From: Rhizodiscina lignyota
Lineage: Eukaryota
NCBI GenBank assembly: GCA_010015805.1
Contig: ML978122.1
Coordinates: 654,453-718,452 of the forward strand
Direction of reading: 5' to 3'
DNA: 64,000 nucleotides
The notes below the pieces were generated by a model. That model worked only from the letters and a program-made list of their open reading frames with translations. It searched no databases and was not told where the DNA came from. Position numbers and translations under genes: made by a program. Positions within the stretch are counted from its first letter, which is position 1. Each line of letters starts with the position of its first letter. Below are positions 11,454 to 24,012 of this stretch, piece by piece.

Positions 11454-13142
11454 ATGGCCACCATGATGCCCATCAGAGCCCTGTGCCTGGTGGTTGCAGT
11501 CTTATCTGCAGTCACTCTCGCCTACGATACCAAGAATATGACCTTCAAGTTTCATTCTCGACCAGACCTTACTCCACAGACGATCCAGTTCATCATCAAC
11601 GAGCCACAGTACCTCAGCAATACCGACTCTCACTTTGTCCTCGCGCCCTTCATGATCGACCCAGAGGAAGCCAAGAGCGTCTCACTTCAGAACGCTCCCG
11701 TCATCTACGACCTCGAAGGTAACGTTGTCTACAGCGGTTACAGCCAAGGTCTCGATCCTGTCTGGGGTGCAACCATTGAGAAGTTCCTTGGAAATCCGGC
11801 CTTGACTTACTCCCTGGGCACGCCTGAACAAGGTGGCGCGATTCTAATCTACAACGAGACCTACGGCCCAACTGGTCATGACAACATCAACAATCACATC
11901 AACGGTTCCATTACATTCACGAAATTCCTGAATAGTTCTGTGCTTGTGCTCTCAACTCCAACCACGTACCTTGATGCTGGTGGCATATATGTCGTGGACT
12001 GCCTCCTTCAGGAAATGGATCTCAGCTCGGGCAAAGTCATCTATGAGTGGAATGCTGCTCATCATGTCAATACTTCTGAGAGCATGAAATCTCCCAATTC
12101 TGGCTTTGGAGATGGTAGCAGTGGCGCGCCTTTTGATTACTTTCACTGCACGTCTGTCGACAAGGATGCTTCTGGAAACTACGTCCTGTCGGCAGGCCAC
12201 ACAAGCACCATCTACTTCGTGCAAGGCGACCGCAACCAAGGTGATATTCTTCGAAGACTGGGCGGCAACTTGTCGGATATTCAACTTCGGGGCTTCAATT
12301 TCAGCTACCAGCACGATGTGCGCATCGTCAACCATAACGACAGTCAATACTCCATTTCAATCTTCAACAACGCTTGGGATGGTGCGTCGAATCCTACTAC
12401 TGCGTCAACCGGCATTCTCGCGTTCGTGGACACCAAAGCCAACACATCTACCCTCATACAGTCCTACAGCGCACCAAACGGTGGTCTTCATTCGGCAGAC
12501 TATGGTAACATGCAGGTACTCTCTAACGGCAACGTCTTCATCGGCTGGGGAGCAATGCCGTTCTTCTCAGAGTTCACGCCCAATGGCCGCTGTGTTTTGC
12601 ATGCTCAATTTGGACAGTACGACCCCAACCCACTGCAGTCACGTAATTGGACAGTCCAGTCTACGCGCGTCGTTCGAGGCCCCTGGTCTTCCAAGCCACC
12701 CTTCTTCGATCTATTGGCCCCTGCCAACCAAACACACGCGATCGCGCTCGTCGGATATGGAGATTCGAGGAATCAGACACAAACCACATACTACGCGAGC
12801 TGGAACGGTGCTACAAACGATGCTCTCACGCAATGGAGCTTCAGCGCTGTGGGACAAGTGGGCTCCGATCTCAAGCCAGAGTTCTCCAACACCGTCCAGC
12901 GCAATGGCAAGTTCGAAGTGGAGGTCACCTTCAAAGGCTACTTCGAGGCCAGCTCTGCGTATGCCATGTCCAACGATAACCTAACGATTGGATCCGTGGA
13001 AAACGTGCCAACGATCAGTGACGGCGGCCCGAAGAAGAGAGCCGAAGCTGCCGCCGAGAAATGCATGTGCTACTTGGTTTCGCCCCTTCCTAAGCCTGGC
13101 TGTTGTTTCGAGAAGCTCGAGACTTCGTCCTTGGAGGCTTAG
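11454..13142 (+). CDS. Secreted arylsulfotransferase (ASST)-like beta-propeller protein
   Basis: Signal peptide (MATMMPIRALCLVVAVLSAVTLA), F.SRPDL, FDYFH, FSYQHDVR, GNMQVLSNGNVFIGWG and YASWNGAT. The 3' end could contain a small intron. Confidence 0.85.
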   Translation: MATMMPIRALCLVVAVLSAVTLAYDTKNMTFKFHSRPDLTPQTIQFIINEPQYLSNTDSHFVLAPFMIDPEEAKSVSLQNAPVIYDLEGNVVYSGYSQGLDPVWGATIEKFLGNPALTYSLGTPEQGGAILIYNETYGPTGHDNINNHINGSITFTKFLNSSVLVLSTPTTYLDAGGIYVVDCLLQEMDLSSGKVIYEWNAAHHVNTSESMKSPNSGFGDGSSGAPFDYFHCTSVDKDASGNYVLSAGHTSTIYFVQGDRNQGDILRRLGGNLSDIQLRGFNFSYQHDVRIVNHNDSQYSISIFNNAWDGASNPTTASTGILAFVDTKANTSTLIQSYSAPNGGLHSADYGNMQVLSNGNVFIGWGAMPFFSEFTPNGRCVLHAQFGQYDPNPLQSRNWTVQSTRVVRGPWSSKPPFFDLLAPANQTHAIALVGYGDSRNQTQTTYYASWNGATNDALTQWSFSAVGQVGSDLKPEFSNTVQRNGKFEVEVTFKGYFEASSAYAMSNDNLTIGSVENVPTISDGGPKKRAEAAAEKCMCYLVSPLPKPGCCFEKLETSSLEA

Positions 13143-13813
13143 TCTCTCGTGCTGTCTCACAGTGGATACACTTTTGAGGTGAGGATTGAGGAGTTCAAAT
13201 CTGGTGTGGGAAAGGAGATGGTGTTCAAGGGAATCAACAAAGAGCCAAATCACTGAAGGCTTCAAGGCACTTTAGCACACTTGCTAGAGAAATCAAAACA
13301 TCTTTCAAAGGTCCCATCTTGATGCTGGTGATGACATATGTAAAGCCAATGTTTTCAGACGTGCAACTTGGCTTGTGCTGAACGTGAAGATGTTAGTCGC
13401 AACTAGTGATATTCAGTATTGAGCCCATCGAATAGCAGCATGCCACAATTCAATGTTGAGATTGTGCATAGAGTCTGTGTAACCCATATACGGAGTCGAT
13501 CGCGCGTGTCTGCCATTCGGTGAGGGCAGTCGCGATTGCGTGCCTGCCAGTCCTGGAAGAGCAAACAAAGCGCAATTTAAAAGTAATAACACATCCCACT
13601 TTCTCGAACCTTCGAGCTCCGTGTACCTCTCCATCGTTGCCGCGGAGACACTTTCTGCCATGTTGCAACTGCAACGTCATTACTCTCTCGTGTTTTCTTT
13701 TCCACGCGTGGTGCTGTTTTCCAATCCAACACGACCTAACTTCCCTATTTCTTCGACGTGCAACAAGACAAACGTTCAAACTCCACCAACCCGAGAACAT
13801 TTGACAACGAAAA

Positions 13814-15216
13814 ATGGCAATGTCATATATCAGAAGGAGCTCCGAGGACGCCTTCATCATGCTCGTCGACACGGCAAGTCCAGGACGCCCGAGTCTACAG
13901 CACCTTAACACCCTGGTAACCGAAGCGCTAGACTCGCGTTGTGAGCCCGAGCTTAGCCAGGTTACGCACCTAAGGATCTATGGCAAATGGGTGTCCGAGA
14001 ATGACGAGGCTCTCCAAGTCGACGATACTCTCCACGTCCGCGAGGATCGCGCCCGCTCCGACAGTGGAGCCAGCGAGGCGGACTACCCCAGACTGGGCCC
14101 AGATACAGGTGACAAACGAGAGGCGTTGGATGTCAAGACTGAGAAGGAGTGGGCGCGTGCAATCAAGATCATGAAGAAGTTGCTTGAGAAACTGCCTAAC
14201 CTGAGGGAGCTTGAGTGAGTCAAATCGAACGCAGCTTTGACAAGTCCACTACTTTGACGTGAATCAGATGGACCGCAGGCTTGCCCTTCGCTAAGAAGCT
14301 CTGGCCCGCCATCACTCCGAAGCTGGAGCATCTTACGCTGGACTTGACCATCTGCTCTCCTCAGCAGGCAGAGTCTCTCCGTCGCCAGGGTGTGTTCCAA
14401 GCGGCCCACCTCAAGCCTCTGTGCGACTTCCGCGGACTGAAAAGCCTTACGATCCAAGGCATGCTGGGATCCTACCAGCCAATCATTTGGGAGGCTGTGT
14501 TCCGTAACCCGGCCATGCACACGCTTGAGATGCGTATGGCGCAGGAGCCCATCTGCAGGAAGCGCGAGGATCAAGAGGAATGGCCGAAGATGGAGTACAG
14601 CTTGATGATGAACGCGGGCGAGGAGGGCACTGCGCACACAGAGTATCGGTAACGTTTACCCAATTTAGTTCTCCCTACTGGGACCTGATTACTCTCGTGT
14701 GAATGCAGTGGTCAAGATGGTACTGGAAACCTGCATCACAAGGAGGGCCACGGCGAGTACCTGGACGTGGTTGCCATCCGCAAGGCTCGTATCGCAGCCA
14801 ATCTCGTCGACACCATTGAAGGCGGCATCTTGCCTCTCTGCGTCATTCGCCTCCAAGGCTTCGTGGTGGACGCTCTTCCCTTCGCTTATGGCTTCAAGAA
14901 TCTGGAGCAGATCGACTTCCTCGACAACTGCTTCGACGCTGGCTTCGCCCTCCCAGAGGATCTACGCGAGAAGGTCAAGGTCACGACGCAGGTGACGCTG
15001 TTCAGGGGCTTCGACATCCCTGGCGAGGCCGGAGCGAGCAAGGTCTTCGACAACGAAGACTTGCGTGTGATCACGGAGGAGGTCGGCGAGCTATCGGTGA
15101 AGACGAGGAGCGTACCGAAGAACCTGAACAAGCTGGCGGGTACGGGCATGACTCTCACGACGCCGGACAAACGCCCGCAGCTGAGCAGCAGGAACTCGTC
15201 TCCCGGAGGTGTCTAA
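13814..15216 (+). CDS. Hypothetical fungal protein with LRR-like repeats; 3 exons
   Basis: Introns 14215..14267 and 14649..14708 give a continuous frame: LEKLPNLRELEWTAGLPF..LEHLTLDL..LKSLTIQG..GHGEYLD. Confidence 0.75.
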
Positions 15217-18079
15217 GGTCTTGAAGGAGGTTGTGGTGATAGCATAGGGGTATCAGTACGTTCGTGGTCTTGCTGCGGTGAGCCTGTAAAGAAGGGATAG
15301 ATGAGGTGAATGCAGAATGTAAATACCAAGGAAGATACCTAGGAATTGACTACTTTCCGTATTCGGACAGCTCTCTCAGTAAGAGACTATGGCCATGATA
15401 ACAATAATGGCATACGGCCACACAGTTTCAGTTCGTTCGTGATGTTGCTGCTATAGAGAAGAGATGGCTGGGAAATGATTCAGAATGTACATACCATGCC
15501 TGCGCACTGGACACGCCAAGGATTGGCCAAGCGGCCAAGGCCGCCACATATAACTAAGTACCAACCTCATGTCTACACGCATTCATTCCACAGTTGCGTG
15601 AACTGAGTATCCTCGAATGGGCCATACGATATTCCATTGCCAATTTGTTTTGAAGCGCATGTTCTGTGCACCTTCAGCGACGCAGGTACGACTTGTACCC
15701 AAACCCATACACAGCAGTGAGAGGGCCTTCGACGCAAAGGTGGGAGCCAATGGCAACGAAACACCAAGAGGCTAGGTTCTCGTGAACGTATGAGTCCTAC
15801 AACGACATCTCTTTTGGGCAATAACAAGAAAGAAATCTTCTAAGGCAGCCTCGTTAAGCTACTCCCTACTAACCTCGAATGTAAACTTATCGTCAGCATG
15901 TGGGATCTTCAACAATGTCTCTTATCCCAAATAACTTGAAGCAAACCTTCTAAGGCATGCTTGGAAAACTAGTCCCTGATGATATCGAATGTAAGCACAG
16001 CGATACACAGAAGCTTTTTGTAAATGCTGAATGCAATAGTACAGTGGCTCTTTAGACTGTTCGCTCGCTAGAAACTGGCTGCTTCGTAGTGCATCGAAGA
16101 GGGATGTCCATCGAAGCTCAAATTACCGAGCGTAGGCTTTCGGGGTTTCAGGTTCATACTTCAATAGCATCAATGTCTTTCTGTTCATGGACATTAGTAA
16201 ACATCTATTCACAGCATATGCTGATACATATTTCCAGGAAGGTTTCGCTGACGAGGTCGAGGCGTCAGGGTACATGAACATCAGCATCACCGACTACTCA
16301 TTGGTCAATTCATGAACAACCAGAGAGGTCAAGTATCCACTACTCGTCCAAGATAATCCTGGATGTCCCAGAGTCTAGATACGACAGCAACATCTGCTCC
16401 TATTACGCGCATGATGAGCAACGCTTTTGGTGTCGGCAGCGCAAATGATACCGCGCAAATTGTGCGGGCTGGTGCACAAGGCATTTTCTATCACACCGAG
16501 CGCCTCTGGACTAGCATTATCACGTTGGACCCCCGAGAGCGATCTCTCTGGTCGTTGCGGTATTTGGGAGTCGGGTGTATTAGTGTTGATAAGCCGAGAG
16601 AGGTAGATCAACGGCTGACTGAACAGTGTCACTCGATAGACGAAATGAAGCGACAAAGAGGGGAATAACCAAATTACATAACCGAGACGGAATCTTTACA
16701 ATTGCGTCGTGGTGTCTTATGACGGCCGGAGCCGTAGCACCGACAACATTACGACAACTTCGAGCCCTACCGAAAAAGGTGGGTACGGCTACGTTCGCAT
16801 CGGTACCTGAATGAGAATCAGTCTTTTGGCTGCTTCATCTCCGCGGCCGCAGCCGCACCCGCGCCAGTCTCCCTCCAATGCCGTGCTAAATTGGAATTTT
16901 TCAAACATATCCTGGTCTGAGAAGTGATTACTAATTTTAAATATGTAGATTCAGGCATTGACAGTTCGGAGCCTCGGCCCAAAAAAAACGCGAGCGATTA
17001 TGAAAGGGTGTGCGGTTAAGTAGAAGCCGGAGCGAGCCGTGCTTATCACAATGGCGGTGCGGATTAACAGGCACATCTTCCCTGGGAAAGTGCGTTTTGC
17101 TATGTCGGCAATGCCACGGACACAATCTCCTAAGTGTGGCGGAGAGAGTGCCTCGCTGACGTTATGTGCAAAAGTGTTGACGCGTCCTTGGCGTTCAGTA
17201 GCGCACGCTAAAATTTCTTCCATTAAAAGCTTGGCTGGTGCGATGCCGACCATTCCGTTTTAGGGCTAGCGTGTATCTCGAATCCTCAACGTCCAACCTC
17301 TCGCTCAGACGAACGCAACCCCCCGCATTTCCTTGCCAGTCAAGCTTTGAGGATCCCTCAGGATCCATGCACGACATGTGCACGATGCCACGAATGCATT
17401 CCGGACCGTTCTGAGGGCACACCGTGCCACGCACGCCTCTGTCGTGTGCTGCAGCTTGCCGGCATGGTGGGCTCGCCGCGCCGACAAGATGATACGTGGA
17501 AGGTCTGAGGCTGGACTCGGACGAAACGATCATTCGATCCCCTTTCAAACGATTCTAACAGTATCCGTCAAGTGCCTGTTACACAGTGGATGCTTCCCTG
17601 TTCGTTTCGCGGGCCCGGCTGGACAAGTGGACCCTGTGCATCTAAATCTGACGTTCGCCAACACCGGCGCTTGCTTGTTGGAGGCTGTACGTGAGCAATA
17701 TTCAGCCCCACGGCGTGGATGGCAAACACGCAACCACAGAAACGGTCCGGCGCTCGTTCCCAGCCCTCCCCAGCACTTCAATAGTTTTAGAGTGCACCGA
17801 TAAGCTTCGTGATCGCCATCGCGAAATTTTGACCAATGCCTGCTTCGGGGCCTGTCACTTCCAGCCTTCCCGCTCCGCTGATACTTCTTTCCTTGCTTAG
17901 GTGGAATCTTCCTGGATAAAACATGCATAAGTCTCGAAACGTCGTGTTTTCTCTTTCTGACAATTCACTCGTTCCTAATCCTCCCTCCGTTTGCATGTTA
18001 TGATCTTGCAGGAAACGTGCATACATTACCGTTCGTTCTCGTGACACCACTGCACCTGAAGGTCGTCCAAGTGCTAAGA

Positions 18080-19308
18080 ATGGTTTCTCGCCGACCTCGA
18101 TAGTATGCGCGCAACCCTGTTCCTTTACCTTCCGTCGTTGATCTGACTTGAGATAGTTATGTTGCAGGAATTGTGGCAGCTGTCATTTTTCTCTGCACTA
18201 TCCCGCTACTCAGATATCCGGCATGGCCAGATAGTATTGTGTCGCTAGGCTCTCACATCGCCACTGAGAACCTGTTTCCCAGCAAGACAGAAGCACAGCC
18301 AACAACAACGCTCTCTCCCGCAGAAAGATTGGCAACTCAGGTTCCGCCACCTCCGGGATTCAATGCAACTAACACAACCTTCGACATCCCCAAAGACATC
18401 TATTTCGACCCTGCAGGACCGCGACCGGAGCAATTCGTTGTGCTGACTGCCTCCGATGGGGGCGGACACAACGGCGGGATCGAGAACATCATGGAGAACG
18501 CTTTAACGAACCGGCAGGAATACTGCGATGCCCACGGATACATCTGCCACTGGGTTGACGTTTCTCGCTTCGACATGGATGGCGCACACCCCGTGTGGAA
18601 GAAGCTCCCTGCGATCATCGAGACGTTCCAAACCTACCCGGACGTGCAATGGGTGTGGATGCTCGACCTCGACGCCATCATCATGAGCCCGGAGATCGAC
18701 ATTGTACAGCAACTGCTGAGCCACAGCGGTATGCAACAGCAGTTGAAGAAGGACCAGCAGATAAAGCGGACACCGTATTTCACGCCACACGAAATCGACC
18801 CTAGGAATATCGATCTTCTCATGGCTCAGGACCATGGCAATCTAAATGCCGGCAGCTTCCTGGTGCGACGATCAGAGTTCTCGCAATGGTTGTTGGATAT
18901 GTGGACCGATCCCGTCTTCATAAAGAAGGCCGATTTCGGAGGTGCAGAGCAGGATGCAATCGTAAGTGTCTATTCTTTGCTTCCATGGATCCATTTCCTT
19001 CACGAGGTTTCGTGAAATTTGGTATATCAAGAGAAACCATCTACTAACACGAATCTCTACAGATACACTTTGCGCGAAGCCATCCCACCGTGCGCAAACA
19101 TCTCGGTATTGTACCGCTACGCAGCATCCAGTCCTGGCTCGTTAGCGGCGAAGAGATGGGCTGGCACAAGGGTGACCTGGTGGTCCACTTTGCGGGCTGC
19201 TGGGTAAAGAATCATTGTGTGCAGAACTGGAACAAGATGTGGGCACAGAAAGCGCCGGCTCCACCACAGAAGAAAAAGAAGAAGACAGGCATGTTTTGGA
19301 AGGCCTGA
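18080..19308 (+). CDS. Glycosyltransferase family 34 (Mnn10/Gma12-like); 3 exons
   Basis: Type II membrane anchor, NRQEYCDAHGY, WKKLP, DxD motif WMLDLDA, QDHGNLNAGSF, EQDA and GDLVVHFAGC. Introns 18103..18156 and 18962..19062. Confidence 0.92.
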
Positions 19309-20641
19309 CGATTCTCTTACATACGAAACGAAACGAACGAACACTGCAACCTTCAAGCTTTGAACGAGCGAGATATACCCCGGCTGAGCGTGAAGCCTCA
19401 GCCGATTTGTGCTTCTGCTGGACGATGCTAATAGATTTGCGTTGAGATATCATTGCGAGGGCGTTTTGATTGTATAACATAGCACATTGTATAATATTTG
19501 CGCACGTCAACGAATGCTTCTTGTGGTCCTTGATGGAACGCATTTCATGATAACGACGCTGCCGTGCTCGGTCTCGGGAGATACACTTTGGGAGGCTACA
19601 GTAGATAATGAGACGTCCAGTTTATCCCGCATTTCACGCACATCCAGCATAGCTACCAGTAGCCATGTCCTGGCGAAACTATTGTAAAATATTGAGGTTA
19701 GGACTGCAGTTCTCTGCGGCATTCTCTCTAAGCATCAGCAGTCTAAACCCTACCAACATCGTATTCCCGCTCTAAGATCGCACCAGTTTTCAGCTTCAAG
19801 GGGCGCAAGCACAACGTGACTCATCTGTGGATTGCCCGTCGGGAATACAAAGTGGTGGTTACTTGAGTATCTGGATGAGGAGGCCGAATAGCGCGTGGGA
19901 GCAGTGCGTTCCCGAGTGTGGGCCGGTTGACATGCGGGACTTGTGACCACCGACGGCACGCCCTTTTGCAACACTTATTACGATATTCCTAATCGCACGT
20001 AACTCAAACTCTGCCTCCGGTGTCGGAAGGTCGGCACGCAATCTGCAGACCGCCAAAGAGTTTGACTCCGCATATAATAACATATTAGAGTGGCTTTCCC
20101 TTCGCTCTTTGCACGCACTTCCACCTCAGCAATTGCCTTCCAGATGTTTCGTGGCCACTGGCCTGCCTTTGAGATGGCGTGCTCTCGAGGCCATCGGAAT
20201 CCGTCACTCTACGAGCAACCCCGATGTTGCACCATGCTCAAAGTATCTTACGAATTGCAACAGCGGATCTCTGAAAGTCCGTTTTAGCAAAAGCGCATTT
20301 GCGAGATTTGAGAAGTAAGTGAATTCCTGGTTCTGGTTCTGGTTCCAGACCGTCACGGAGGTTTAGACTCCGCTTGTGACGTTCCTTCAACTTCTCGTTT
20401 ACATTCATCGCGAAACCATACGTATCTAGCAAACGTCAGTACGTTTACCCAAGTATTACTGTATTCAACATCATTTCTCATGTCGCGATTCCTTCCGTCA
20501 ACACGAATTTCAGCCCTGTCGATTATGTCTTACAGCATTGTATACGAAGGTACATAATATTGCAGCTGTCTTGTTCCATCGATCTCCCCGAACCCTGGCA
20601 TCCGTCATCCCAGCATCGACCACCTGAGGCCATGAAACTCT

Positions 20642-20701
20642 CCCCGCATTTTCGGATTTTTCAATCCCTTTATCGCGGGGAAGTCTCCATCGCGGGGAAG
20701 T
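20642..20701. promoter_or_regulatory. Three candidate CreA/Mig1-type SYGGRG sites upstream of the MFS gene
   Basis: CCCCGC at 20642 and a perfect direct repeat ATCGCGGGGAAGT at 20672 and 20689, about 260-320 bp before ATG 20961. Confidence 0.35.
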
Positions 20702-20960
20702 GGAGTGCTTACAGTAAATCCTTCATCAATCGCCTTCAATACTGTCGTTCATTGGCCACGGATAATGACCTCTCTGGAAGGATCCTATTATACGTGCTTG
20801 GAATCCCCAGTCGTTCAAGACGGCGGACATCGTCCCGTCCGCGTGGTCCCGTATAACAAGAGCCATGGTCTCGCCTTATTTCCTTGTTGCTCTAAAATCA
20901 AATTCCCGTCACCGAAGAAGAATTCTCAAAGTCCTGTTACTGAAGAAGAATTCCCGCATC

Positions 20961-22650
20961 ATGCACGAGAAAGCCATTGACGAGAAAGCAGTCGACACCG
21001 GGGTTCTTCACAATGAAGAGGTGACGGTTTGTTGTACTAGATTCTGACCCTCCTGCTCCATCTCATGACGCGTGTTAGGATGGGCAAACGTCTTCGCCAG
21101 TTTCAAGAGAACTTGATCTTGAATACCTCAATGACAGGCACCGCAACAGCAAGCTCGTGCGCCGCATCGATCTGAGAATCCTCCCTCTCTGTTGTTGGAT
21201 CTATCTGCTCAACTACCTTGATCGTGGTAACATCGGTAATGCAAAGGTCCTCAACCAAGAGACCGGCGACAGTCTGCTCCAGCAGGCCAATATGAACACT
21301 TACCAATATGCCGTTGCTATCACATTGTTCTCGCTCGCTTATGGTATCTTCGAAGTCCCTTCCAATTTCATCATGAAGCGCTATGTGAGGCCCTCACTCT
21401 GGCTCGGATTTCTGCTGTTCGGCTGGGGTGCCTTGACAATTGGGTTTGCGGGTGTGCAGGTAAGAGTGGGATATCATTCCGTGTGCGCATAATACTCACC
21501 AAGGTTAGAACTATGCTACCGTCGTGGTGCTGAGGTTCTTGATTGGGGTCTTCGAGGCAGGCTTCTTTCCTGGTACGTACCGACCGCTTCCGCATGGAGA
21601 ATCCTGCTGATACCGAGTTTTTCAAGGCATTGTCTATTTTATCACTATGTGGTACCGCGTCGAGGAAAGAGCTCTCCGTATCGCCTGTGTTGTTGCACAC
21701 GCTAATCTCGCGGGCGCTTTCGGTGGCTGTATTGCCTATGGAGTGGGCAAGACCAACGGTACAAATGGCCTTCAAGGTTTTCGATGGCTTTTTATCATCG
21801 AAGGCCTGATTACAGCCCTCTGTACAGTCCTCGTTATCTGGTTCCTCCCAGACTACCCGAGTCGTGCGCGCTGGCTTAACGAGGAAGATAAGCAGTTCGC
21901 CAATGACCGTCTCCAGGTAGATGGAGGTGGCTTTACTAAGCGTCATGCGAGCAAGCATGAAATTAAGGAGACCCTTATTGGGTGGCGGATGTTAGCCCAC
22001 TACTTCACGTACACAGTCGACTGTATCCCGCTTGGTAGCTTCACGTTCTATATCCCTACGATGGTTGCAGGCCTTGGGTATACGTCTCTCGAAGCCCAGC
22101 TTCTCACGATTCCCCCTTGGGTCTGCGGATACCTTACGGCTCTAACAATATCCTTCATCGCAGACCGGTACAATGCTCGAGGCTACATGGTATTCGCTTC
22201 TGGCATCCTCGGGGGTACCGGCTGGCTCATTGAAGGCATTCTACCAGCACATGCTTTCACGGCTCGTTATGGTTGTCTCATCCTGGCTGCGTGCGGCGCG
22301 TTCCCAGCATCAGCACCACTTACGGCATGGGTAACGTGCAACGTGCCGAGTAAGAGCTTCATCAATATTCATACCTTGACCAGACCGCTGACTCGTAGGC
22401 TCTAGGTGTTGCTATGATGGCGATTGCGACAGCCGTGAACAACAGTTGTGCCGGCACTGGGCAGATAGTCGCGCAGTGGATCTGGAAGGCGAACGAGGCT
22501 AACGAAGGGTATCCGACTGGCAATTATCTTTGTGCAGCGTGCATGTACGTTGTTGCTATCATGGGCCTCGTCCTGAGGTACATGTATGGACGCATGAACA
22601 AGAATGGTTCGCTGGACGCAGCAGGAGAGAAGCGAGTCTGGGCTTACTGA
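20961..22650 (+). CDS. MFS transporter, anion:cation symporter (Dal5/Tna1-like) family; about 5 exons
   Basis: RRIDLRILP, LNYLDRGNIGNA, FEVPSN, LRFLIGVFEAGFFPG, WRWLF-like FRWLFIIEG and AQLLTIPP. Confidence 0.92.
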
Positions 22651-24012
22651 GAAGGAAACATCGTAGGTTGAGAGACAGCCTCAATGAATAACAGAGACAA
22701 TCCATTGCCGCGGCCTCGGTGGCGTGCTCTGCCGAGACGGGCTTTGGGATGACCTTCTCTTACGTCTCTACCGAGATGGTACTTTCGCACCTAGGGTCTT
22801 AGAATATACATTAGACCTCTAGTAAAGAAATACCGGCCACTATCAGCAAAAGCAAAATCCACACACTTCCCGAGCATTTGGGTAGCGAAATGTGTAAAAT
22901 GGAAAGCCTCAACGAACTGAGCTATAAACCTCAGGGATCTAAGGTATTTCGTTGCGGCTCGATGGGATCATAGCACACGCATCGTTGCAGGAGAACACAG
23001 CTATCATATTCCTGCAATGGAGACTCTAGGATCTGGAGAGTGTGGAATGGAACGGAAATACTGTTCTGAAAAGGCCAGCCTTTAATTTTCTGACAGAAAC
23101 TACAACTTGAATAGGCAGTTCGCCCGGACAAACAATTTCTAAATTACATCGGATATCATTCTGTTAATCACTTAAGTGATCGACAGCTTAAATTACCGGA
23201 TTGTCTTCACAGCGACAGGGATAGCAGCGGAGCTAAAATGTGGAGATTCCAGCGGCCTCTGTGCCACGATTGTGCAACATTCGTCCAACGCCTCCTTTCT
23301 TGGACCTTCCCACATGCCTTTCCTTTCCCAAGCCATACAGTCAGTAATCACTAATATTGTTGTCTTTAAACTCCCACCCGATATTTTATGACTTGATGAT
23401 TTCATCCGGAGTCGACTTTGGCTCACGGGAAGCGAGACATCCCTCTTCCTGGACGCAAACGTGCTTTCTTCGCAAACAGTTATCACTGCCGAGCCCTGGT
23501 GAAAGCTTGACGATTCGGAATGTCACCACGGGAAGAAGGGATACGGCGCCGATTTATCAATGCCGAGCAGCGAGCGCTTGAAAGCGGTTCTCCCCCGCCG
23601 CGCCGTTGCCCAGAGGCTTGGGTCGTAACGGACAAGCGACTCCTCTCCGCTCGCGTTGGCTGCTCCTCTCGCCAACCCTTAGGAAAACTCCTCCAATGCG
23701 GCGATACTGCACTGCTTTATCTCGAGGACATCGTCACCTTCCTGTTCGAGTTTGTTGAAGACGATTGTCCTCGCGGCATCGTCGTGATGGTTTCTTCAGC
23801 CTCTTGGCCCTTTGCCACCTATCATGGAGTAGGTATTATATGAGACGCATGTAGGTCCAACAATCAGCCAATTCATAGCTGAATACCCCCAGATATCCAG
23901 CCTTTCTGTTACCTGTCGACTTCAATCGCCTTCTGTTTATGATAGTAGAAGTTGATTTCATTGCGTCAATCAGCATTGTCCTCTGTATTCGTACATCTTT
24001 TCTCGTATCATC

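Noticed and set aside
13170..13215. GTTCAAATC T-loop-like motif (possible tRNA)
   Set aside because: No cloverleaf stems or A-box could be formed around it.
19500..20450. Short minus-strand ORFs between the GT34 and MFS genes
   Set aside because: Interrupted by stops in all frames, with no recognisable homology.
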